A DNA stretch of 64,000 nt, taken from Balanoglossus misakiensis (lineage: Eukaryota; Animalia; Hemichordata). Both the position numbers and the translations under genes were made by a program. The DNA is taken from positions 4,344,110-4,408,109 of the forward strand of contig CM082584.2 in the NCBI GenBank assembly GCA_040954595.2, given 5' to 3'. Every line of letters begins with the position of its first letter. Within the stretch, counting starts at the first letter, position 1. This document shows positions 1 through 12,300 of the stretch, piece after piece. The notes under the pieces are model-generated. The model worked only from the letters and a program-made list of their open reading frames with translations. It did not search any database and was not told the origin of the DNA.

Positions 1-2830
1 CGCAATGGATTCGAAAGAGGTACAAAACTTTACGTGGGAGAATGCAGAATCATAAATTTCGTAATATTGTACATGTGGCCAGTAAAATTTTACCATTCCT
101 TATCGGACTCGACAGGTTTACGTTTATAGAGTAGCATAAATTTTTCAGCTCTATAGTTTTACAGCGCATGGAGCCTATTGTGTTTGATGAGGTCAATTTG
201 GCTTGGTACCATTTGAAAGAAAACCGGGGGAGTAAATATCCATGATCTTATTTCACAAGGCAATCTACCTGTAGTGAATCCCCTCGGCTTGAACAAAGCT
301 TGGCTTCCCTTTTCCTTATTCATCTTCATAGAGCAATTGTCAAAACTGGCCCTTCTTGAAAAGGCCATTTCTAGTAAACGACTATATTCGCAGATAGGGG
401 CAACACCTCGGCTGCTATACTATGGCATTATTTATAAATCTATGAGTCACGTGCTTTACTACAAAAAGCCAGTTTTGTAATTTATTGCCTGAAAATGTTT
501 CATCTTCAATACCAGATTTCACGCTAAGGTTATAAAAAGACTGGTACCAGACTAGTAACTATAATAATGCAAAACAATCGTTACTCAGTAGTGGCGTCTC
601 ATTAATATATCATTTGTACTCCAAAGTCTCTGCCAAATCTAGAGTCAAAATATTGTATTCTGTACATACTTAACATTTTGCACAGATTGCAATAACATTC
701 AAAAGCCTACTGTAACGTCTATCTAAATGTGAAAACTTGCCTTCATCAAAATCGGATTCGGGGCTTTCCCATCCAAATTCAGACTGTTGCTGCCATTGCT
801 AAAATAAAATTAAAAATACATTAAATAAAAACCATTTGTACTAAGTGCCTACACGCATGTAGACCCAAACAAAATCGCAAACTTGCATGGTAACGTCACG
901 CTTTCAAATAATTATGATACATAAGATTCATCGACCACCCTATCTGTTTGATGAGCGATATTAATTGAGCACTGTGACATTTTCATGCTGACAAATCTCA
1001 TTATGTATGGGAATGTGTAAATCGCAGCCGACATCCTCAATTATTATGTTCTACACCATATACACTCCCATTCATGGTTTGACATGGATGGTGCAATCCA
1101 GGCTGACAACAAAATGTTTTACCATATTTGAAAACGCTAGTGATAAACGTTTTAAAAAGACGTGCGTATATGACGATAGATTAACACTTTACCGGCGTTC
1201 GAGTGCGAAAGACTGGTCTTCCCGCGCCAAAATTACGCTGTGTCATGGACGGATCTATTAATCAGGAAAAAAAAACAATAATGACAACTTTGTATCTGCT
1301 AGTAATCGCTGGTACATACTGCAAGGATTTAATAAATATATAAGCCTATAATCAACAAAATTTGGTTGAAACGTTAGTCTGTTTAGTTCCATTTTTATGG
1401 TTGATAATATTATCCAAATTCTAATTCTAACCTTGTTAAAATCGCCTCTATCATCATTTTCTGACTTCCGTTTTCATCGTGGGCTTTTGACACACACGGC
1501 GCAATGGATTCGAAAGAGGTACAAAACTTTACGTGGGAGAATGCAGAATCATAAATTTCGTAATATTGTACATGTGGCCAGTAAAATTTTACCATTCCTT
1601 ATCGGACTCGACAGGTTTACGTTTATAGAGTAGCATAAATTTTTCAGCCCTATAGTTTTACAGCGCATGGAGCCTATTGTGTTTGATGAGGTCAATTTGG
1701 CTTGGTACCATTTGAAAGAAAACCGGGGGAGTAAATATCCATGATCTTATTTCACAAGGCAATCTACCTGTAGTGAATCCCCTCGGCTTGAACAAAGCTT
1801 GGCTTCCCTTTTCCTTATTCATCTTCATAGAGCAATTGTCAAAACTGGCCCTTCTTGAAAATGCCATTTCTAGTAAACGACTATATTCGCAGATAGGGGC
1901 AACACCTCGGCTGCTATACTATGGCATTATTTATAAATCTATGAGTCACGTGCTTTACTACAAAAAGCCAGTTTTGTAATTTATTGCCTGAAAATGTTTC
2001 ATCTTCAATACCAGATTTCACGCCAAGGTTATAAAAAGACTGGTACCAGACTAGTAACTATAATAATGCAAAACAATCGTTACTCAGTAGTGGCGTCTCA
2101 TTAATATATCATTTGTACTCCAAAGTCTCTGCCAAATCTAGAGTCAAAATATTGTATTCTGTACATACTTAACATTTTGCACAGATTGCAATAACATTCA
2201 AAAGCCTACTGTAACGTCTATCTAAATGTGAAAACTTGCCTTCATCAAAATCGGATTCGGGGCTTTCCCATCCAAATTCAGACTGTTGCTGCCATTGCTA
2301 AAATAAAATTAAAAATACATTAAATAAAAACCATTTGTACTAAGTGCCTACACGCATGTAGACCCAAACAAAATCGCAAACTTGCATGGTAACGTCACGC
2401 TTTCAAATAATTATGATACATAAGATTCATCGACCACCCTATCTGTTTGATGAGCTTTATTAATTGAGCACTGTGACATTTTCATGCTGACAAATCTCAT
2501 TATGTATGGGAATGTGTAAATCGCAGCCGACATCCTCAATTATTATGTTCTACACCATATACACTCCCATTCATGGTTTGACATGGATGGTGCAATCCAG
2601 GCTGACAACAAAATGTTTTACCATATTTGAAAACGCTAGTGATAAACGTTTTAAAAAGACGTGCGTATATGACGATAGATTAACACTTTACCGGCGTTCG
2701 AGTGCGAAAGACTGGTCTTCCCGCGCCAAAATTACGCTGTGTCATGGACGGATCTGTTAATCAGGGAAAAAAACAATATTGACAACCTTGTATCTGCTAG
2801 TAATCGCTGGTACATACTGCAAGGATTTAA
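1..2830. repeat. Tandem array of ~1.5-kb unit (period 1499 bp), left array, runs off window start
   Basis: Identical ORFs recur at 159/1658, 274/1773 and 1007/2506, all offset 1499. Confidence 0.95.
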
Positions 2831-4270
2831 TTAATATTTAATCAGCAAAATTTGGTAATAAAGTTAATATGTTTATTGTATGTGTATTTTACTGCGAGTG
2901 ACAAAAACGGACCAATTTCTACGGAAATAACGTTTTTCTTCTCTTGAAATCGCGTAATTATCATCTTCAAACTTTTCGTTTTTATCATGGTCTTTAAACA
3001 GACATGTCGCAATGGATTCGAATTATAGTTACACAGCTTTAAGTCGGAGAATGCGAATTCATAAATTTCGCAATATTTGTGCATGTGGCCAGTAATCCGC
3101 TGCCAGAAAATGACGGTCTTCAATACAGAAATTCTACATCAAGCAAATGTTTTTAAATGGCTGGTACCAGGTTATTAACTATAAGAATGTAAAACAAATG
3201 TTACCCGGAATTGGTGCCGGTCTCCCACGTGGTGTTACAGGAGGCGCGGATCGAGGTCTGCCGTATCCATATAATTCAGGCTGTGGAGGCCATTGCAAAA
3301 ATAAAATTAAAAATACATTAAATGAGAACCATGTGTATTACGTGCCCACACGCATTTCGGCCCATACAAAATCGCAAACTTCGTAACGTCTCGTTTGCAA
3401 ACAATTATGCCACATGTTTATTAAATAATATTCCTACGACTCATCAGCCTCTCTATTTCTGTTTGATGGACGATATTTTTGGAACACCGTGACATTTACC
3501 GGTATATATAAAGATGCTGACAAATCTCCTAACTGTATGTAAATGTATACGTTGCAGTGAAGTAAAAGACTTCAAAGAATATTGTTTAAGCAATAAAACA
3601 CCCCCAGCCATGGTATACCACGAGATTTTGACCAGTTCACGACATATACGCACGAGCGATAGCGAGTGCGTATATGGAGTTGAACTGGTCAAAATCGAGT
3701 GGTATACCATGGCTGGGGGTGTTTTATTGCTATTATATTATACCAGTATATTGAAACTTTGCATAAAACATTTTAAAAAGGCACTTTCTTTGACTATGAG
3801 TTTTGCGTGATATATGACTGTGGTATGTGACGAATATATCACAGTCACGTGTCGTGTCTCGACCAATAAAATAGCGTGATTTACACCATCAATATACTGG
3901 TATAATATAATCTACAATATATATACTCGCATTAATGCCTTGACATAGGTAATGCACATCCAGACTGACAGCAACATGTCTTTCCATAATGTGAAAACGC
4001 CATTGATAAACAGCTTTAAAAATAACGTGCGTGTCTGACCATAGAGTAACACATTACTGACGTACCGGCGTTCGATAGGCCATGTCTGCCACTTGATAAC
4101 GCCGTGTCTCGATTGACTCTGTTAATAAAGAAAGTAAGAATAGGGGCAACGTTGTACAAGGTATCAATCGCTGTCAAATACTGCAAGGATTTAAATACAT
4201 GTACTATTTAATCAGCAAAATTTGGTTGAAATACTCATATGTTTGGTCTATGTACATTTTACTGTGTTTT
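2831..4270 (+). pseudogene. Diverged paralog of the 1.5-kb unit; decayed coding sequence with LRR-like motifs
   Basis: Collinear similarity to the 1.5-kb unit. Plus-strand segments read LQEARIEVCRI..QAVEAIAKIKLKIH*MRTMCITCPHAFRPIQNRKLRNVSFANNY and FCLMDDIFGTP*HL, with stops and frameshifts. Confidence 0.45.
3586..3911. mobile_element. Non-autonomous palindromic DNA element (double inverted repeat, possibly Crypton-like)
   Basis: Imperfect ~140-bp palindrome 3589-3731, plus a second IR pair attatattataccagtatattga (3732-3754) / tcaatatactggtataatataat (3889-3911). An independent copy sits at 33021-33340 in unrelated flanks. Confidence 0.8.
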
Positions 4271-4493
4271 ACAAAAAGATATTTTTCTACGAATGAGAAC
4301 ACAGATTGGATGAGGTGTGTGTTTTACAATATACACATGTTGACTGGCCATGAGGGCAACAGCATATACGTCTGAAACCCTAGGGACTGTGAGTCACCCT
4401 AACTAAATAATAACACATGTTAGCGAGGACAATATCATGATCTTTAGCCTGCTCGAGGGATGGTGATCTCTGACCATAATATTGATGATGCCC

Positions 4494-4945
4494 CCATTTT
4501 TCTACATGTATCCCCTGTCTATCATTTGAAGTGGCTACGTATTCATCTATTTTATAGATAGTTTTCACATATGATTTAAAACTGAAGCATATTCGGCAAA
4601 ACATCAGACACTTTACATTTAAAAATATAAAAGCGCCCAATCAGAAGAATGAGATTTGCAAGTTGACTACCCCCTCATCTGTATTACCAAGAATACAATA
4701 CATTGCACTTAACCTTAGTATATCATGTGTAACATTATAGAACCACTCTTTCACTGAAATCCAAAACCGACTAGTATAAATACAATCCAAAAAAAGATGG
4801 CAGTAATCCTCTACAACATCTTTACAGAAAATACAAATTGGGGAGTCAATTATTCGCCATTTGTAAAGCAAACGATTTGAAGGCAAGATCTTCATTATCA
4901 GTTTGTACTGAAAATTCCAAAGCTTAATATCATTAGTTATTCCCA
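4494..4945 (-). mobile_element. 5'-truncated L1/Tx1-type LINE, ORF2 C-terminus (zf-RVT CCHC region), frameshifted
   Basis: KLWNFQYKLIMKILPSNRLLYKWRIIDSPICIFCKDVVEDYCHLFLDC..TSRFW, then KIDEYVATSND..IHVEKW in another frame, typical of an L1/Tx1 ORF2 end. Confidence 0.85.
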
Positions 4946-5149
4946 TTTTTCTTATTCACCTTCCTAAATTTTCATTGGCAATGCCTTGGATATATTCTGA
5001 AATTCAGTGTCTTGCAGCATTTTTATTAAGTAATATTATTTATATCCGCGCATTTTGATTACCACCATGGCCCTTGAAATCCCGACATTTTCAGTGCATG
5101 GAATTTAGATCCACACTATATCGCAGACTTAGCAACGTCACACTTACAA

Positions 5150-5316
5150 AATTATGAGGTATTTACAAAAGTTCACTCAAATTTTTTGTGTTAGGAAGGG
5201 GAAGTTACTCAGATTCCCCATGCCTGGAATTGGCTGGGGGCGGTGGTTACTCAAAATATTGGAGTTTCTTAAGAAATTCCTCCTCCCCCGGCCGTAAATA
5301 ATGACAGCTCCCTAAG
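5150..5316. mobile_element. Remnant of a PIF/Harbinger-like MITE (one terminus only; left boundary approximate)
   Basis: Ends ccccggccgtaaataatgacagctccc+taa, resembling the GGGAGC-type TIR and TAA site of the intact MITE at 45754-46298. Confidence 0.4.
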
Positions 5317-5636
5317 GAGTAGGCAATACCAGTGGAAGAGTATGTACAAAATCGATGACTTTTCAGGGGTGGTTCGTGGACGCTTAAATCCACAGATTTC
5401 TCAATCATATTCGATTCACGCAACTAATGAATATGTATCATGTTCGGTTTGAGGTCAAGTTGAATTCTGATTGCGCGTGCATGCGCGAATAAGTAGTGTT
5501 CTTTTTTTTAGAATAAATGCCTCTTTGACGAAAAATACTGATCGACGATCAAGTGAGATTCCTTCCGAGTTGTGTGCACTAAGCAGACACACTTCAATAA
5601 TTTGCTTAACATCATGAAAGTCTGATGTTTTCATCT

Positions 5637-8600
5637 TTTCGCTCAACAAGATTTATTTGTTGTTTTTTTTTTTCATTTTAGTAAAAAACACTTCTGTTCT
5701 TTGTTCCGGACAATGCTTTTCAATTGGAAACGTCGTATCACGATCGACGCTGTTATTAGAAAAGAAAACAATAGGAGCAACTTTGTACCCGGCACACCTA
5801 TATTCCTTTGTGTAAATTAGCTGTTTCCATGGTGCACTTTAAAAACAAAACAAAACAAAACAAAACAAAACAAAACAAAACATCACTCATATCTTTATTT
5901 TAAAATTTCACTCAACAAGATTTCTTTGTTTTCTCATTTTAGTAAAAACATTTCTGTTCTTTGTTCCTGACTATGCTTTTCAATTGGAAATGTCGTATCA
6001 CGATCGACGCTGTTATCAGAAAAGAAAACAATAGGAGCAACTTTGTACCCGGCCCACCTATATTCCTTTGTGTAAATTAGCTGTTTCCATGGTGCACTTT
6101 AAAAACAAAACAAAACAAAACAAAACAAAACAAAACAACACTCATATCTTTATTTTAAAATTTCGCTTAACAAGATTTCTTTGTTTTCTCATTTTAGTAA
6201 AAACATTTCTGTTCTTTGTTCCTGACTATGCTTTTCAATTGGAAACGTCGTATCACGATCGACGCTGTTATCAGAAAAGAAAACAATAGGAGCAACTTTG
6301 TACCCGGCACACCTATATTCCTTTGTGTAAATTAGCTGTTTCCATGGTGCACTTTAAAAACAAAACAAAACAAAACAAAACATCACTCATATCTTTATTT
6401 TAAAATTTCGCTCAACAAGATTTCTTTGTTTTCTCATTTTAGTAAAAACATTTCTGTTCTTTGTTCCTGACTATGCTTTTCAATTGGAAACGTCGTATCA
6501 CGATCGACGCTGTTATCAGAAAAGAAAACAATAGGAGCAACTTTGTACCCGGCACACCTATATTCCTTTGTGTAAATTAGCTGTTTCCATGGTGCACTTT
6601 AAAAACAAAACAAAACAAAACAAAACAAAACATCACTCATATCTTTATTTTAAAATTTCGCTCAACAAGATTTCTTTGTTTTCTCATTTTAGTAAAAACA
6701 CTTCTGTTCTTTGTTCCTGACTATGCTTTTCAATTGGAAACGTCGTATCACGATCGACGCTGTTATCAGAAAAGAAAACAATAGGAGCAACTTTGTACCC
6801 GGCACACCTATATTCCTTTGTGTAAATTAGCTGTTTCCATGGTGCACTTTAAAAACAAAACAAAACAAAACATCACTCATATCTTTATTTTAAAATTTCG
6901 CTCAACAAGATTTCTTTGTTTTCTCATTTTAGTAAAAACATTTCTGTTCTTTGTTCCTGACTATGCTTTTCAATTGGAAATGTCGCATCACGATCGACGC
7001 TGTTATCAGAAAAGAAAACAATAGGAGCAACTTTGTACCCGGCACACCTACATTCCTTTGTGTAAATTAGCTGTTTCCATGGTGCACTTTAAAAACAAAA
7101 CAAAACAAAACAAAACAAAACAAAACATCACTCATATCTTTATTTTAAAATTTCGCTCAACAAGTTTTCTTTGTTTTCTCATTTTAGTAAAAACACTTCT
7201 GTTCTTTGTTCCTGACTATGCTTTTCAATTGGAAACGTCGTATCACGATCGACGCTGTTATCAGAAAAGAAAACAATAGGAGCAACTTTGTACCCGGCAC
7301 ACCTATATTCCTTTGTGTAAATTAGCTGTTTCCATGGTGCACTTTAAAAACAAAACAAAACAAAACAAAACAAAACAAAACATCACTCATATCTTTATTT
7401 TAAAATTTCGCTCAACAAGATTTCTTTGTTTTCTCATTTTAGTAAAAACATTTCTGTTCTTTGTTCCTGACTATGCTTTTCAATTGGAAATGTCGCATCA
7501 CGATCGACGCTGTTATCAGAAAAGAAAACAATAGGAGCAACTTTGTACCCGGCACACCTATATTCCTTTGTGTAAATTAGCTGTTTCCATGGTGCACTTT
7601 AAAAACAAAACAAAACAAAACAAAACATCACTCATATCTTTATTTTAAAATTTCGCTCAACAAGATTTCTTTGTTTTCTCATTTTAGTAAAAACACTTCT
7701 GTTCTTTGTTCCTGACTATGCTTTTCAATTGGAAACGTCGTATCACGATCGACGCTGTTATCAGAAAAGAAAACAATAGGAGCAACTTTGTACCCGGCAC
7801 ACCTCTATTCCTTTGTGTAAATTAGCTGTTACCACGGTGCACTTTAAAAACAAAACAAAACAAAACAAAACAAAACAAAACAAAACATCACTCATATCTT
7901 TATTTTAAAATTTCACTCAACAAGATTTCTTTGTTTTCTCATTTTAGTAAAAACATTTCTGTTCTTTGTTCCTGACTATGCTTTTCAATTGGAAACGTCG
8001 TATCACGATCGACGCTGTTATCAGAAAAGAAAACAATAGGAGCAACTTTGTACCCGGCACACCTATATTCCTTTGTGTAAATTAGCTGTTTCCATTGTGC
8101 ACTTTAAAAACAAAACAAAACAAAACGAAACAAAACAAAACAAAACAAAACATCACTCATATCTTTATTTTAAAATTTCGCTCAACAAGATTTCTTTGTT
8201 TTCTCATTTTAGTAAAAACATTTCTGTTCTTTGTTCCTGACTATGCTTTTCAATTGGAAACGTCGTATCACGATCGACGCTGTTATCAGAAAAGAAAACA
8301 ATAGGAGCAACTTTGTACCCGGCACACCTATATTCCTTTGTGTAAATTAGCTGTTTCCATGGTGCACTTTAAAAACAAAACAAAACAAAACAAAACAAAA
8401 CAAAACAAAACATCACTCATATCTTTATTTTAAAATTTCACTCAACAAGATTTCTTTGTTTCCCATTTTAGTAAAAACACTTCTGTTCTTTGTTCCTGAC
8501 TATGCTTTTCAATTGGAAACGTCGTATCACGATCGACGCTGTTATCAGAAAAGAAAACAATAGGAGCAACTTTGTACCCGGCACACCTATATTCCTTTGT

Positions 8601-9394
8601 ATAAATTAGCTGTTTCCATGGTGCACTTTAAAAACAAAACAAAACAAAACAAAACAAAACAAAACATCACTCATATCTTTATTTTAAAATTTCACTCAAC
8701 AAGATTTCTTTGTTTCCCATTTTAGTAAAAACACTTCTGTTCTTTTTTCCGGACAATGCTTTTCAATTGGAAACGTCGTATCACGATCGACGCTGTTATC
8801 AGAAAAGAAAACAATAGGAGCAACTTTGTACCCGGTACACCTATATTCCTTTGTGTAAATTAGCTGTTTCCATGGTGCACTTTAAAAACAAAACAAAACA
8901 AAACAAAACAAAACAAAACAAAACATCACTCATATCTTTATTTTAAAATTTCACTCAACAAGATTTCTTTGTTTCCCATTTTAGTAAAAACACTTCTGTT
9001 CTTTTTTCCGGACAATGCTTTTCAATTGGAAACGTCGTATCACGATCGACGCTGTTATCAGAAAAGAAAACAATAGGAGCAACTTTGTACCCGGCACACC
9101 TATATTCCTTTGTGTAAATTAGCTGTTTCCATGGTGCACTTTAAAAACAAAACAAAACAAAACAAAACATCACTCATATCTTTATTTTAAAATTTCGCTC
9201 AACAAGATTTCTTTGTTTTCTCATTTTAGTAAAAACATTTCTGTTCTTTGTTCCTGACTATGCTTTTCAATTGGAAACGTCGTATCACGATCGACGCTGT
9301 TATCAGAAAAGAAAACAATAGGAGCAACTTTGTACCCGGCACACCTATATTCCTTTGTGTAAATTAGCTGTTTCCATGGTGCACTTTAAAAACA
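5637..9394. repeat. Satellite array 1: ~15 monomers of ~240-265 bp with variable (AAAAC)n
   Basis: Direct tandem repeats. Periods include 240 (6818-7058) and 255 (7058-7313), differing by 5-bp AAAAC units. Confidence 0.97.
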
Positions 9395-12300
9395 GAACAC
9401 ACCATTGGTTCGAAATATAGTTATACACATTATATCACAATTTGGGATGCAAAATGAAAAAAAAAATATGAGAGTTCATCATTTTGATTTGTTATTCCAT
9501 AAATTTGAACACTATCAATCTTTATATATCGCCGTACCGTGTGCAGCGTCAATTTCTCATGTACATTGTATATTGTTACAACGTTGGCGACTGTTGTGTT
9601 TGAAGACGTCAATTTGTCTTTAACGTTACCATTTGAGAAAAATCCGACAGGGCAGTAAAATTCCATGACAAAATTTCAAAAACGGGTATACCCCTAATGA
9701 ACCCCTTGGTTTGAAAAACGATTGATTTCCCATTTTTCTTATGTACCTTCATAATGCAATAGTCAACATTGGCAATGCCTTGGATATCTTCTGAAATTCA
9801 GTGTCTTGCAGCATTTTTATCCAGTAATATAATTTATATCGGCGCATTTTGATTACCACCCGAAATCCCATCGTCCGCTCACACGGGTTGTTGCAAGACA
9901 TTGGCGGGCGAAGATGTTTCACGTTTCCGAATTGATAAAATAAATTTAAACTTGGACTCTGTCTCGGTTGTTGCATTGTCTTCGTTCACGTTTTTGTCAT
10001 GAAAAGCGATCATAAATTACCAAACTGTTGAAAAATGCGCAGCAAACTAGACTGGGACTTATAAAACTTACCTGCAGTATGTCGACGTCGTCTTAGTACA
10101 AGTCAAATGAGACTTTGTTAACAATAGCACACGTTTTATGTACTAGTATCAGTGAGCAATAAATTATCTACGAACAATATGTATATTAATTATTATGTCA
10201 CATACCCGATTGGTTACTCCGAAGGATCAACCATTTTATGTAGGGTATCCAAGATCGTTTTTATAGCCCTTTATTAGGAGGAAGTTGATGTAATTATATG
10301 TAAGTTTTTGTGGAGTTGACATTTAGAAAAGAGTTGTAAGTACAGGTTTTGAATTTCACCTGATATAAGATTAAATCAATTAAACGTGAAAGGTTAGTAA
10401 TACTATAGACTAAAATCCAGCTAAATTTGAAAATTTGCCATCCGTTGGTCCGGATTGGGGGTTGTCGTATTCAAATTAAGGCAGTCGATTCCATGGCTAC
10501 ATGTACAAACAAATTAAACAGAAATTCCATGGAAACCATGTACACTACGTGCCTACAGATTGTACGCCAAGGTTTTAAATGACTGGTGCCAGGCTAGTAA
10601 CAATATGGATGTAAACAAAAACGAGGCAGTATGTGAAGTCAGTTTTATTTAGACCGTTAAATTAGACCGGGTCGCGTTTCACAGCTTAGACACCATGTCA
10701 TATGCCTTGCTCCATGTTAATCAAACAAGTAATAAAAAAAATCGGGCGCAAAGGCCAAGTAGCCGACAAAATATGCAAATGATATGAAAGCTTCTATGAT
10801 GATGATGGGGTGGGGGGGGGGGGGGCTAGTGGGAGTTGGAGTGGGAACTGCACGGGGCCCTGCCTGTTTGTAGTTAGTTGCAAAGTTACATTTCTGTTCT
10901 TTGTTCCTGACTATGCTTTTCAATTGGAAACGTCGTATCACGATCGACGCTGTTATCAGAAAAGAAAACAATAGGAGCAACTTTGTACCCGGCACACCTA
11001 TATTCCTTTGTGTAAATTAGCTGTTTCCATGGTGCACTTTAAAAACAAAACAAAACAAAACAAAACAAAACATCACTCATATCTTTATTTTAAAATTTCG
11101 CTCAACAAGATTTCTTTGTTTTCTCATTTTAGTAAAAACATTTCTGTTCTTTGTTCCTGACTATGCTTTTCAATTGGAAATGTCGCATCACGATCGACGC
11201 TGTTATCAGAAAAGAAAACAATAGGAGCAACTTTGTACCCGGCACACCTATATTCCTTTGTGTAAATTAGCTGTTTCCATGGTGCACTTTAAAAACAAAA
11301 CAAAACAAAACAAAAACAAAACAAAACAAAACATCACTCATATCTTTATTTTAAAATTTCACTCAACAAGATTTCTTTGTTTTCTCATTTTAGTAAAAAC
11401 ATTTCTGTTCTTTGTTCCTGACTATGCTTTTCAATTGGAAATGTCGTATCACGATCGACGCTGTTATCAGAAAAGAAAACAATAGGAGCAACTTTGTACC
11501 CGGCCCACCTATATTCCTTTGTGTAAATTAGCTGTTTCCATGGTGCACTTTAAAAACAAAACAAAACAAAACAAAACAAAACAAAACAACACTCATATCT
11601 TTATTTTAAAATTTCGCTTAACAAGATTTCTTTGTTTTCTCATTTTAGTAAAAACATTTCTGTTCTTTGTTCCTGACTATGCTTTTCAATTGGAAACGTC
11701 GTATCACGATCGACGCTGTTATCAGAAAAGAAAACAATAGGAGCAACTTTGTACCCGGCACACCTATATTCCTTTGTGTAAATTAGCTGTTTCCATGGTG
11801 CACTTTAAAAACAAAACAAAACAAAACAAAACATCACTCATATCTTTATTTTAAAATTTCGCTCAACAAGATTTCTTTGTTTTCTCATTTTAGTAAAAAC
11901 ATTTCTGTTCTTTGTTCCTGACTATGCTTTTCAATTGGAAACGTCGTATCACGATCGACGCTGTTATCAGAAAAGAAAACAATAGGAGCAACTTTGTACC
12001 CGGCACACCTATATTCCTTTGTGTAAATTAGCTGTTTCCATGGTGCACTTTAAAAACAGAACACACCATTGGTTCGAAATATAGTTATACACATTATATC
12101 ACAATTTGGGATGCAAAATGAAAAAAAAAATATGAGAGTTCATCATTTTGATTTGTTATTCCATAAATTTGAACACTATCAATCTTTATATATCGCCGTA
12201 CCGTGTGCAGCGTCAATTTCTCATGTACATTGTATATTGTTACAACGTTGGCGACTGTTGTGTTTGAAGACGTCAATTTGTCTTTAACGTTACCATTTGA

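Noticed and set aside
159-490. Minus-strand exon with KPRGF, resembling the ART exon WKPRGF
   Set aside because: Only a 5-residue match, with several stops. This frame shares third codon positions with the plus-strand LRR-like frame, which explains the apparent conservation.
6245-6265. CENP-B box in the satellite
   Set aside because: Does not match TTCG-N4-A-N2-CGGG.
10026-10072. Minus-strand splice donor/acceptor pair in the block
   Set aside because: Would give a 46-bp intron between closed frames; the same aaaacttacctgcag occurs at ~46881 as part of the paralog family.
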